DNA of 63,989 nucleotides, counting the filler, from Dimargaris cristalligena (taxonomy: Eukaryota): assembly GCA_003614675.1 (NCBI GenBank). It is 3 parts of 3 records of this genome, joined end to end, with 100 filler letters (N's around TTAATTAATTAA, not from the genome) between each part and the next. Parts side by side here need not be neighbours in the genome. Positions count along the whole stretch, not along the records: positions 23,283 to 46,420 come from ML002619.1; 2 more parts are not named here. One strand, given 5' to 3'. The translations under genes and the position numbers were made by a program. How positions within the stretch are numbered: the first letter of the stretch is position 1; each line of letters starts with the position of its first letter. This document shows, one piece after another, positions 24,911 to 37,404 of the stretch. Under the pieces are notes generated by a model that worked only from the letters and a program-made list of their open reading frames with translations, ran no database searches and was not told the origin of the DNA.

Positions 24911-27489
24911 ATGCAGGCAGTAATACCTAAATGTAGAGTACTAACTAGGTGTAGGTGTAGTAAGAATATATTAAAATAACATAAAAATATTATCTAAGGA
25001 ATAATCAGATTTACCCTAAAAGTTTGATAGAGAAGACCTCCTCTGATTGGCTGGAGGTTAATGAAGGATTGGCATGCCAGTTGGTATTACCATGGGAAGA
25101 GGGATATAGTAAAATAAAGTACCATTCAGGTAGTGCCCAATGCAAGTTGATCTACTGTAAATAGTACAGGTTACACAATGTGATTAGCACCCCTGCCCTT
25201 TCTTTTATGCAGCCCACTAGAGTATCTACTGCCTGTAAGCAGTTTTATTATAGTATATTTCTAAAAATAGTTTTTAATGGGCTTCATCCATATACCCTAA
25301 ACCACTCTAATGGAAGATCTGGATTTACCAGGTGCAATATGGCTGGACAATAACCATTTATATTTGAGTACAGCTCATGAGTATTTTTTATACAACAATA
25401 AAACATTAAATCTCGATTTTCTAAAAAAATAACCCCTAAATAAATAATGAGCACACTATATTCCAGGAACAGCCATGTGGGTGGGTATTTAAATGCGGAC
25501 AGTTAATGACGTAATATTTCAGATTATTATGCCATCAAGTATGGCTCATTCTAATGGTGGAGAAATTCGGACACAATAATAATGCAATTGTAAATTTTGC
25601 GAAATATAGATAAAGTATGAAAAAAAAAACAGATAGCTAAATGGACCCTAGCCACATTAAAGTGCCAGGTCAGGTGCCCAAATTTTATCCTAATACTACT
25701 ATTTCGGGTATAAACCAATAACCAATCAGTACCCAATAGATTCTGGATTTGCGCCCATGATTGGACCAATGGGGTAAAAGAGAGTTACGCAGTTCGGGAA
25801 AAGGCGGGCTAAAGGGTAGCCAATCACTCACTGTGATTGGATGAGTGTAACGAGGATTATCCCGGTATATCCCGCCTATTCCGACGCTGCCCGATTGTGT
25901 AACTCTATCTTCTCCCTTTCCCCTTTTGAATACCAGCCAAAGATATGGGGTGTTGGTGTTGCCCAGTGGCCTGGTCTGTGGAGTATATACGAATATATAA
26001 GCCCCGTTATCCGCCGCCCCTCTTGGCAGGCTGCGGCTTTCTACCCATTAGTTAGTTTGGTAGATCCCTATTTTATAGTGATTACCTAATGAAAATGCCT
26101 GTACGTAAGGCCAAGGGGGGTGAGTAACAATACATGAGCATGCTCTTTAATTGTGTTGGGTTCTCCCCCCATCTATGGTACCCATTTCGAGCTGTTGGGT
26201 AATCTCGAAATGGGTAGGTAAAACTATAGTGCGGCACTGTAGACTACACCCTTACCCACTGGGGAGTGTGCCATTATATTTTATAGTCGTACTATACACG
26301 CACCTACCCTACTGGTGGGGGGAATACCAAGCAAGACACAGCTGACATGGGAGGGGTGGCGTGGGATACTATATATTTCCTTATTAAACGTTTTTTAAAT
26401 CTAAACCAAACTAGTATAGCACTCCCTCTCCAAAGTCCGCATTTTTCGTCTTTGGACTAATAGCAGAAGATCTGGCAAGTGATAACCAGCTGACTCAAGC
26501 TAAAGGGATGGGTATACCCTGCATATCCAAAACCAGGCTGGATCAATAGGGGTTCAAAGCCAGCTTGCCAGAATCAGGGTGGCTCTAGTGGGCATTTTAC
26601 GCGGCCACCTTCCTACTTATGTTGGAGATGATCTATCCGGATATTTAAAGTATATTCAAGTGACGGAGTGGCTTTTAAAGTCAATCTTGGTCATGTTGTT
26701 ACACGTTAGTATAATAATCCCACCAATGGGTTGCGGGTAGGGTAGCCAACCACTCAGTGATCCCCCCACGCAATCTCCCAAGTCCACGTCAGCAGCATTG
26801 GCTACGGAAGTTGTAGGGGAAGGGGAGGCCTAAGGGGGGCAATCAAGGCATTCCGTTCACTCATTTGTGTCACTTCCCTTCCATACACACGAAGAAAAGC
26901 CGGAAGGCTATACCGCAGAACAGCCCCGCTGTGGAGGCCGGAACTGATAAGGACGATCACGGCTTCGAAATGTGGTTGAAATCCGCCCCAACCATTCGCC
27001 CAGCTAAATTGAGGGGGGTTCCCATGGCTGGGGGGGGCATATGCTAGCGACAACCCCGCGGTTCCGGGTTTGTCCTTTTGGGCAAAAAAAATCCAGCCTA
27101 CCGGTTTTGGTTTTGGGGCAGGCGGGATGAGTAATAAATAATGTAGGATAAAGAGATGCTGGTGTTGTCGGGTGACTTCTCTTCCCTACTGCCTCCTTAT
27201 ATGCGCATACTGCCCCCTCCTCTCCTTATATGCGCATACTACCTCTTCTACAAAAAGAGCCACCGCACTTCTTTCTTTCTCTATCTTATAACTAAAGCCC
27301 CCCGCTGTCTCTGCCCTTTCCTTCTCTTCTCTCACCACACAAAAGGACCTGCGCATACATCTCCCCTTTTCTCTCCCATAGCTTTCCTCTCTCTTCACCT
27401 GCTTTCCCTCCCATTTGCATACTTTCCATCCGCCTAGAACTTTCTTTTTCACCCTGTCTCAGGTATATCCTCGTCTTCCCGCTTTTACC

Positions 27490-27663
27490 ATGAATGTTCC
27501 TTCACAGCCTCGGCCACTCGTTGTAGGTGGTGAGCGTATTGACAATCCTTTCCCCGTCTTCCTTCGCGGCCCCGTTGAGCATGGATTTGGACGCGGCAGC
27601 AAAGAGTTGGGTATTCCCACAGGTACGTTCCAAATCCTCGCAGTCATTATTAACCACTCAGAT

Positions 27664-27694
<31 letters not shown>

Positions 27695-28780
27695 CTCAAT
27701 GCAGCCAATAATAGCCGTTTGGAACCGGTCTCTCCCGACATACTTGCTTAACCGACCTTCTAACTGGTATCCTTACTATATTCTTGATTTTTGGTGGAAA
27801 CAACTCCCCTCTTCTTCCGATCGTGGCCCCTTTCCCTTGCCTTCCCTCAATCCCTCAATTAGCCAACCTTCCGGAACAGGCCATTCAAACCGCCTGTACC
27901 CATATGAAACCGGGCGTCTACTTTGGCTGGGCCCAAGTCGAGGACGGCGAGGTTTACGGCATGGTTATGAGCGTTGGTTGGAACCCTTACTATAAGAATG
28001 AAAAACTATCTGCGGTAAGTGAACTTGAGTGTCTGTATTTTCGAATGCACTGCCGAATCTCCAGGGCAGTATTTGTTCGTTGGTGACGCCCCTTTGACCG
28101 ACTTTAGATAGACTCGCAGGCCCTAGCTGGGGCTGATGCCCACTCTCAGCCTGTCCATCCTGCTTTTAGTCACCAGATTCGATCATCACCCCGCCAATCA
28201 CATTACAGCTACTCTAATGAGACTGCTCATCTAATTTCCGCTTTTTACTTTCCAAATGATATATCCCTTTTTCGACATTTTGTTCCGATAGGAGGTCCAC
28301 ATTCTCCACGAGTTCCAGGACGATTTTTACGGGCTTGATATGAGGGTAATAGTTCTGGGTTACATTCGGCCCGAGCGGGACTATTCATCTTTAGGTAAGT
28401 CTACGGACCTTTTTGGACCGCTATGTCTACATAACCCCACCATATGTCCCTATAGCTACAACCGCCGCTCGTCTATTCCACCTTCTCTACAAATTGCCGA
28501 TGCTGCTTTTAATTTTCGAATAATCGACAATCAGATTTGGTACGAGTATCTGATGTGGTTGGCTGATCTGATATACAAGATCAATGGCCAATCCCCTGAC
28601 TATCCCAAATTGAGATCTAACTTTCTTTGTTCTTCCTTTTTTCTTCTTCTATTAAATTTCGTATCAATATCAGACGCCCTTATATACGACATCAATGTCG
28701 ATATCACTGTTGCTAAGAACTCCATGGCTCGTGCTTCTTACCAAGTGTTCAAAACGGACTCCTACTTCACCGAAACTTAA
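27490..28780 (+). CDS. FMN1: Riboflavin kinase, 164 aa; exons 27490-27622, 27863-28014, 28292-28394, 28674-28780
   Basis: Spliced product contains [59 protein letters not shown]. All introns are GT-AG and keep the frame. Confidence 0.95.
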
Positions 28781-29928
28781 GGTTTTATCCGTCGCTTTTA
28801 CTTAATATCACATCAATTCCAGTTATTTAATGTTCCCTAATTGCGATGCCATTTCCCTCTTTTGTACTCTTCTAAATGTAAACGTCTCCTATATAAAAAA
28901 ATCCGGTTTTTAGTTCTTAATATGGCTATGGACTACATACTGTTTTTGAACATGCCATTTTCCAAATTTGATCGAGTTGATAAGTATAATATACAAAAGT
29001 TGGAAGACCGTTGCTGTTTTGCCAATTTTTCCCACAAGCAAGGGCCATTTCAGGACAAACAATAATCTATTGAAATATAGTGGGAAGGTTTGTGGCAAGT
29101 CCGCTGTAACACACCTGACAATGCCAGCCCAAACTGGAAGGTTCCACTTACGTTAATTCATCTCGAATTGGGTCGACCTCATCCGACTATAGGTGCCTTT
29201 AGAGTGCTATTGTGATGTATAGTACCTCTCGGCTAATTATTAGTCCGATAAATGGCTGTGATTTACTAAATTGTCTCCAATTAGGTATTTACCCAGCCAG
29301 GCTTCAGTTTCTTATAAGTAGAACTATGGCGCAAATCGTACTTGGCGTACATCACCCAGCTAGGGCATATATAAAGTGTTGGTGTATATGCAAAAATAGT
29401 GTTACATTTATCCATTAATTCAGCTTTGTAAACCTGTCTTTTTTATTATAAGGGGCCACACTTACCTCATTAATGAATTGTTGAGACCGGCTGCCTATAG
29501 TAGATGAAGCCCAAGAATCCTTACAGCTCTCCAAGTATAAATTTAAAGTGCGCCAAATTGAAAGTAGGCAAGGGCACAAAAAATATGTCTCCAACGGGCT
29601 AAGAAAATGAGGCGGAGGTACTCCACGGGCGAACAAAATATACAAGGATGGCCAACTAGGATTGGCTCTGTGAGTGTAACATGTGAATATCGACGACACC
29701 GAACAGTGTGTATAGAGTGTTTTCATGGTGTCTTCCACTATAATTGGTTAAAGTGAAAATATCCACCGTACAAAAGGATTGGACCACCGCAGCCACGTTC
29801 CGACTTATCCCATCAATGTTATGCAGATTCCGATTGGTGCTGCCTAGCTAAGCACCAATGGGGATTGCGCTAAGCACATTTTTTATAATGTATATCTATA
29901 TACCAAAGGGAAATTTCATTTTCAACCA

Positions 29929-30010
29929 GTCACTTTGGCGGAGTGGTTAACGCGGTGGCCTGCTAAGCCATTTCCCTTTGGGAGCGCAGGTTCGAATCCT
30001 GCAGGTGACG
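29929..30010 (+). tRNA. tRNA-Ser(GCT)
   Basis: Acceptor stem GTCACTT/AGGTGAC, D-arm GCG/CGC, anticodon arm GTGGC-CTGCTAA-GCCAT, long variable arm, T-arm GCAGG-TTCGAAT-CCTGC, discriminator G, downstream T-run terminator. Confidence 0.95.
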
Positions 30011-30793
30011 ATTATTTTTAATTGTTTTTTGGCGGATAAAGTGCACTTATATGGCCAAGGGTAAGGTAGCCATCTTATTTGGCAGTCTAAATGTCTGCTA
30101 TATTTTGTTTCGGGCGGTTTTCTAAAACCGCATGTACTCAACAAGGCAGGTTCGATTCATGAATAACAACCCTTGGGAATATTTTTATCGATATGGCACC
30201 CTTAATTGCGCGGCTGCTTATCATCGAAAAACTCCTAATTTTGAAGAGCTATTGTCCATATAGGGGCGGAGTAGCTTTGGGCTATATATATCAAAAGTTG
30301 GACGAGCGAGATCGTATATCTAAAGAATGGGATAATCCGTTGTATTTTTCGATTGGTCTACTCCTGTTTGGCTAATTGTAGCCATAACAAAAAATGAATC
30401 GGTAACACAAAAAGGTAGGAGGCTCGAATTAAATCAATCCTCCTGCCATGATCAGTCGTACAGATATTGTTAATAGCAATTTCCAGGCCAACCGTCTAAT
30501 TTTACACTCAAAACTGGAGGCACCCAATCGAACAATAATATGGGAGAGGTTTAGTCTGGCTATGCAACGGAAAACTCCGTTGGTTGAGAAAGGTTACGTA
30601 GGTTTAAGGTGTTTCTGCGACCTATTTTCCCTTTGATATTTCTTTCAAAATCCTATAAAAGAATGCTGGAAGTTGCCTATATGGAATATTGAATAATACC
30701 CTACAGTTATGCCTACTGGTGGAGCTGAATTAGCTGACTCCCATACAGTACATTTGGTGCTATATTAGAAGTGTCTTAGATATTGCATATGGC

Positions 30794-30931
30794 AGAAGTT
30801 CATCCAGGCTGTATAACGAATAATCCATTTGACAAGGTAAATATTACTGGTCAAAAATTATTCTCCCACATATTATCCCATACACATATTGTGTAAAATC
30901 TTATACAGTTGGGTTGAAGTTCACCCATATG
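30794..30931 (+). repeat. Dispersed repeat family B (decayed coding-like relic), copy 1
   Basis: Aligns to the reverse complement of ~36249-36385 (agaagttcat..ataacga..aatccatt..tattactggt..cccatac..cttatacag..ccatatg). Confidence 0.7.
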
Positions 30932-33258
30932 GAAGCGACTGGGGGAGGGCGGTTTATCCACTACAGTGCTCCACCCCGTAAAAGCTAGCAGTAGAGGTGG
31001 TCAACTATTTTGATCTTATCCGTGCTCAGGTGAGTTCATAGTTTCAAACTGAAGACTATCGAATACATATGTACGGTCTATAAATCAACGATATCATGTG
31101 TATGTGTTTGGAGAAACTGTCCAAGACTTGCACCAACTGTCTCGCTATTTCGGGCAGACTATTCTGCTTACGCCAAAGTAAACCAATAACCAATGTAGTC
31201 ATTTTATTTTTAATGTGTTTTTAAATTTCCCTAAATATTCTAAAAAATGTTAATAGGATGGCTATAATGGAGCTGGTGAGGTAGAAAAAAAGGACTTTAG
31301 AAGGTAAAAGTCAGTGTATAGTAATGACCAGGCCAAAACAAACGGCCAGACGTTGGTGACTAAACCCACACGGCTAAATTACATTAGCCGATGTTAGACG
31401 GGCCCTGGGTTTATATAACGGGGCTGTTAATGTGCCTAGGTGTATAACCCATGGCAAGAATCAATTACGGAGTCTCTGTAGCATAGTGACCCAAACAATG
31501 GTACCGCTAAGCCTATCCTGGAAAAAGGCATGCTTCGATCAAGGGGTCGTGGGCAGTAGAGCATCATCGGGTACAATTCCGAATTGTGTTATTAGCAAAA
31601 TCGCCAAAATTGGGTGAAATTCGGCCCAGCTGTGTAGGTTTTTAAATGATAGGCATATAGGGAAATGAGTGAGAGATTCATTACTAACCAATAGTATTTG
31701 CCTTGTCCAACGGATTTTATGTTATACAGCCTGGTTGAATCTTTCCCACATTATTAATGGGTAATCGAAGCTAAGTATCGTGGGCTGATGTCTGACGGAG
31801 GGCACAGAATACATCGAGAATTCGATCGCTAACAGGGGATACCTGGACTCTTTTAAATCTACGGTGATCGGTTCCATTCTTGTTTCGGCGGTATTGCTTG
31901 CCATTCTTAATAACCGGGTGGATTAAGGTCAGCTCGTTGATGAATAATCGGCGCAACTATCGTCTAGTGTATTCAATAGGACTCAAGAACTTTATCCCCG
32001 AAAACACCAACCTTCAGTCATTACCGCCTCACTGTTCATTGATTATTCATCCATACTCGCTACTCCGTTCTCATTATTCTCAATCTTAAATTTCTAAGCT
32101 CTAGTACGGTCTTCCGACATATTTTCCGTTAGCACTGCGCTTATATTCTTAGCCGGCTTGTTTATACAAAGTTGTGCCAATTCGTATAGCTATCCCTCAG
32201 CTAATTTACCGATCATTTGATATTCGCTATTTTAGCCACCTCGTTAGTGTATTGATATCCAGCGTCATTGTTGTCTATGAAGCTCACTTTGTACCCCTGT
32301 TTCAAACGTCCTCTGAGCATAATATTCGCAGGCGTAGAAAATCTAGTATTTACTCCACGACAGACGGCCCTATTTTTGATTTTGCGGTATGGCTGTTTAA
32401 TAAGTTGGGCTAGGGTTGACGAGTGGGACTAAGTCCCGAGATCCGAAACCACCTTTATTTAAACTGTAACTCATTTATAATTGTACTTTCTAAGTGAGAA
32501 TCGATGGTGTTTTTATCATCCAGCTGTGGACAATTTCCCCCCGGAAAAAAGCTGCTCTGGTTGCCGCCAAACTCCCTTAACGGAATGGTCATCCGATGTT
32601 CATGGAAGAAACTGGTTCGCCATAATACATGGATTTTTATGAAACCGAGATTCTGGAGAGGGTTCAATCAATTACACTTGCGTCTACTACTCATATTCTG
32701 AGTCAGTAGAAAAATACGGAAGCCTCCTAAACTGGCGTGGAAGCAGCACCTTATAATATTCTATACCCAGTAGTCACCACCGATTTTCTGGCGAAGGTTC
32801 TTGGGGATTCTCTACAGCCGAGATTGGTTTTCTATGTCCCTTCCCCCATCTGGTCAGCGGGCCACCATCAACCGGGGGATGCGCTACAGTATAGAGTAGC
32901 TTGTAACCTCCATTACTTTTCTCTATATGTTATCAACAGCGGCGACGATGCCAAGAAGGGTCTCAGCTATTCGGCACTCCTTATATATCTTGAACCATAT
33001 TTCCTTAGCTCTGTAATGCGCGGCAATCATTAACCCCGGTACAATCTTAATGAATCCATCCTAAACCCACACAATTACTTTCTTGCGCTCTAATAACTCG
33101 GCTTCATTATGGACAATTTCAGGCCATTCAATAGTAACCCCGATGGGCTAAAGTGCTAATATACAATACATAATGCCAATTTCTGCAAGGTAAATTGTGA
33201 GTTTAGAGCTACCCTTTCGAGTTACTGTAGAGTTGGGGTTTCCCGTCGCCCACTATGG

Positions 33259-35084
33259 TTATATTAGTTGCTCGAACGACTGCATCGGGGCACACAGCAG
33301 TTCAACAAAGCAGGCATCCCCGCGGTCGGCTTGGATCATAAATTGCATTGACAAGAATCCGTACTGGTTGATTCGGACGGATGTCTTGGAGGAATAGACC
33401 AGTGCATTCAGGGCATGCTGGACTTGGTTATACCGGTAGGCATGTTGGGCGGGTTCTGCGGAATAAAACGATTCGATGATGTCCGTGTCTTTGGAGAAGT
33501 TTACCTAGGGGTGGGGGTGAATTCAAAGGAAGATGATGCAACCATTGATATTTGAATGAGCGATGAGTAAGAGTATGTTAAGAATAGGGCGCCAGGCCTC
33601 TTTTCCGACGTAGAATAAATATAAGTGACCGGCTTCAGTGTGATTGGGCCGGCCGCCTCTTCCGGTCTTAGTAATAAAACGCGTTACATAGGACATCCCG
33701 ACAATATAGATTGACCTACCTCGGTGCTTCCCGCCATACCCACGGTGGAAATCCTAAAATGAGGGGAATGGGCCGAAAATGTAAACGTAATCTTCTCGCT
33801 GGCATTATCGAGCTCGGATAGGGCATCCCGTAGGATATCGGACTGGGAGTAGCGCAGGTTGTGCATGGGGTATAGAGAGGAATATTAATGAACCGATATT
33901 CCTACTGCCGGGAAGGCTGCTATTGTTCCGAGAGTATGTAAGGCGACTGTGAAGAACGGACAAATGTATTGTTTTGTGGATGGTGACTGTAGCCAGGGTT
34001 TTGCTCTGGAAGAAGATATTATTAGTAGTTTACCTTGATAATCAACCGGTGTTGAATGGGGTGCACCTGGAACTGAAAATCGGTGATTTCCTCACTTTCA
34101 AATGTAGCCAACTTACACACCGATATGACTTCGTTCTCTTCCAGACTGGCGGATATCGTAAAGGGGGATGGATATAGGTAATTTGATTTTGCAGATGCAG
34201 TAAAAAAAAAAAGAGGTTCGTAGAAGTGGGTATCCAAGATAAGTTATACGTACATTACGCATTGATGTTTCACTTGGCGCTTATTAAAACGATGCCCTGG
34301 ACTATCCTTGCCGAATACCGCTTTGTACGGTCTAAATGGCACAAACTCAAATAGCAAATAATTACAAAAAGTAGAAAAGAGGGGAGCGGAAATAAAACCG
34401 CCCGTCCTTATCCCCCCCCTTCCTTTAAACATGGTAGACTTACACGAGTTCGACTTCCGATCCCTTATCGTTGACCACCCACCCCAACGACGTGTTGCTT
34501 TTATAACGGGCATGGGCGGAGGTGGGATTGCCGAATCCCCCAACGGGGCCACCGGGAATACCACCTCCCACCCCACCCGTGCCGTCCAACGAATTAGCCG
34601 GCGTGTTCGCACTATGCGCCAACGCATTCCCCGCCGTCCCGGAAAAGATGGTCAAGCACTGGAGGAGAACCGTCAAGTCCAGCGCAAAGACCATTTCCAG
34701 CTCCTCCTCCTCCTCCCCTTCCCCCAGCCCCGCTCCACGGGTGTCTTCGGCTTCCCGGCCAGCGGAGTTGGGGTGGCCACCACCTCCCCTGCTGGAGTTC
34801 GGTAGGGGCCCCCGGTGCCAATGCGGTCCAAACCGAAATTCCGAGAAAAACTGGCGTTGTAAATAGGCGTGGGCCTGGACGGACCGGGAATCCTCGACAC
34901 TGAATTTAACGCCCCGGTGGGTCAACACGCAGTGGGTTTGTTTTTTGAAATGGATGGCCTTCAGTAATTGGACGAGCGGTTTGACATTGGTAAGTTTGGC
35001 TACGAGGGCGTACTCCGGCGAATCTAGAGAAGTGCCGTCCGGAACGCGTGCAGTGGACGGGCCAGTGGTTGTGCGTGTTGCCAT
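33259..35084 (-). CDS. RAD1: 9-1-1 checkpoint clamp subunit Rad1/Rec1 (S. cerevisiae Rad17 family), ~373 aa; exons 35084-34444, 34145-34034, 33842-33720, 33504-33259
   Basis: LVAKLTNVKPLVQLLKAIHFK..GVKFSVEDSRSVQAHAYL..FFSEF, LLQCLTIF, LEENEVISVCKLATFE, IIK|SDILRDALSELD, PHFRIST.G.AGSTE, SSKTSVRINQYGFLSMQFMI, FVELLC. GT-AG introns keep the frame. Confidence 0.93.
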
Positions 35085-36248
35085 GTGGGTTAGCGAGAGA
35101 GAAAAAGAGAGGGGAACAGGCCGAATTCGGTGACGCGAATGGCAATGAGTAGCGGTCAGTTTGAACAGCAAAGGAATCTCGGACTTTATGCTAAGCAAAG
35201 GTATCAATGGAGTTAATAATGGAAGTAAAAGGAATGGTATATGCCATGGTGGCTCTTTTCGCTGGTGGGAGGGTCATAGAAAGGCTCTCATGTCAGCTTC
35301 TGTTTTAAACGGGCCCGCTGCGGTAACTCTGCTTGTTCATTCTGAAATTCATAGGGAATAGGTTCAATCCAACTGTATGGCCAAAAGTCCATTTGATACA
35401 ACGGGTGTTACCGGTTAACAGTAGATATAGGTGACATTTAGTCCAGCTATCTGAGGTTTTGCATGGTATCTGTTTGGAAAAATAGACGGCTGATTCATTT
35501 TCAGCCAGCAATAGTGCCTCATCCAACGTATTTGTCGTTATCCGGCCTTGCTGAGCCTCTCCCGTATGTTCAAATAGGGGTATTCTGTTCTACTGATATC
35601 TAATTATTCGATATATATCACCAATTTACTATTGTCTCCATGGTACCCCAATCTTAGCCTGTGTACTGCTGTCGGACTTTGGAATTAAGGAGGAGGACGT
35701 CGCCTCCTCATCGGCGTGGCCCAAAGACGTGGTGAACAGCTCACGGTCGGCGTTCTCCAAGTTGGAGGAGACAGACGGGTAGACACGGTCATCGTAACAG
35801 AGAGGGGCGTCTGGGTACGAATTCGACGTAGATTCGAAACAAAGATATTAAAGTAATAGGATTCATTTGGAAAAATAAAATATATAATAAGGCCGACAGC
35901 AACAACCCAAGGGAGCAAATAGGGGTTTTGGAAGGTGATGGCACTCCTCCAACGAAGAACATTCTGCTGGTTACTTATAATGATTTGTGACAAACTAGTT
36001 AAGGTCGCCAACTGAAAACATGAGGCCAAAGAAAAAGGGAGCTAGGAATATATAATATAAAGAAAGATCCGGCTTTTAAAGGCAAAGTTGGTAATATAAA
36101 CGCACACCAACTGTTTTTGGAAATAGTGTCACTGGTGCAAGGCAATCAGTTAGACATTCCCTAATTAGAGCAATCTATTCGGGGAGATAATTTCGATCCA
36201 AAAATTGCCTGCTGATACTTCACCAGGGTGAGAAACAGTTGGGAATGC

Positions 36249-36385
36249 ATATGGATGAAATTCAAACCAGCTGTATAAGGTTTCACATAATACTTGTATG
36301 GGCGAATATATGTGAGAAAAGCTTTTAACCAGTAATACTGGCCTCATCCAATGGATTTTTCGTTATAATGTCTGAATGAACTTCT
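36249..36385 (-). repeat. Repeat family B, copy 2
   Basis: Matches 46521-46615 closely (same orientation) and 30794-30931 (inverted). Confidence 0.75.
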
Positions 36386-37404
36386 CACACATGGATTAGG
36401 GCACACAGCATACAGAACTTGGTAGGGGGATATAGAGGAAGCAGTTATAATGTGAAATTCTGAGCATAGGTACACGCTAATTAGTAAGAAAATCCGGCAG
36501 TCTCATTAACTGGTTGTCTGGGTTGTAGCCAAGACAGATGCGAGGCATTCCTGTAGAAGCTTGGTCAGGCTATATAGCGAAAATTGTGTTTGATGAGCAG
36601 GATGTCATCAATTAAAAAGATATGCTCAGCTCGCTTTCCCTACTTCATATTATTAAGAGTCTCAGCTAGTTGAGTTGGATTTTACCCATGTTGAACCGAT
36701 GCCGTGCAATGTGGCTTTCCGATAGTGGCCAACAATTAAGTAATCCGATTAATTCCGGGCTATAGTAGGTTTTACAGGGTTTATTGTGAAGACTGAGTTA
36801 GCCATTGCACCAAAAAGTATATATTTGAAATAGCCGTATGACAAGGGAATCGAGGGGTCGTGTAGGCACTGGGCCAGTCTAAAAACGAGTTTGGGCGAAA
36901 AATTCGCAGTGTAAATGTCCATTATGAAATAGATGGATGGCTACGCCAACCAATGGGATCAATCGGGTCTTAGGGGGTGAAGAGGGGTGTTGGTATGGAT
37001 AAGGGTCAATCTGGTCGAAGGAACTGGGTGCTGCCTCATAAAGTAAAGAATGAACTATAGCGCCAAAGAAAGGAAAAATACACATAGTAATACAAAATAA
37101 TAATATAAAAGGTGGAAAATAAAACTATACGTAACATAAGGCCAGTAATGCATGTGTGTATATGATGTATGTATGTATATAAATATAAAATAATTATTGA
37201 CAGATATATTGAAAACTAACTATGACCCGTAGAGATGGTGAGCAAAAGAGGAGTACACGACTTGGGTTCAGGAAGCAATTGGCTAAATTACGCACATCGA
37301 AAATCGACAGTCAAGCGAGAGAAAAAAAACAAGCAGGGCGGGTATAATGTATCATAGTTGGCGAGCCTACCAAGGCCTCATCCATCAGCGAATCAGTTTC
37401 ATGG

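Noticed and set aside
27671-27693. (TA)n microsatellite in FMN1 intron 1
   Set aside because: Ordinary simple repeat.
30145-30161. Second B-box-like GCAGGTTCGATTC downstream of the tRNA
   Set aside because: No cloverleaf or A-box can be built around it.
32504-33033. Stop-interrupted protein-like frame downstream of RAD1
   Set aside because: Possibly a pseudogene, but with no recognisable motif or second copy to support it.
35630-36029. GC-rich coding-like island and a 114-aa ORF with a TM-like stretch
   Set aside because: I could not build a consistent start or splice model and recognised no homology.
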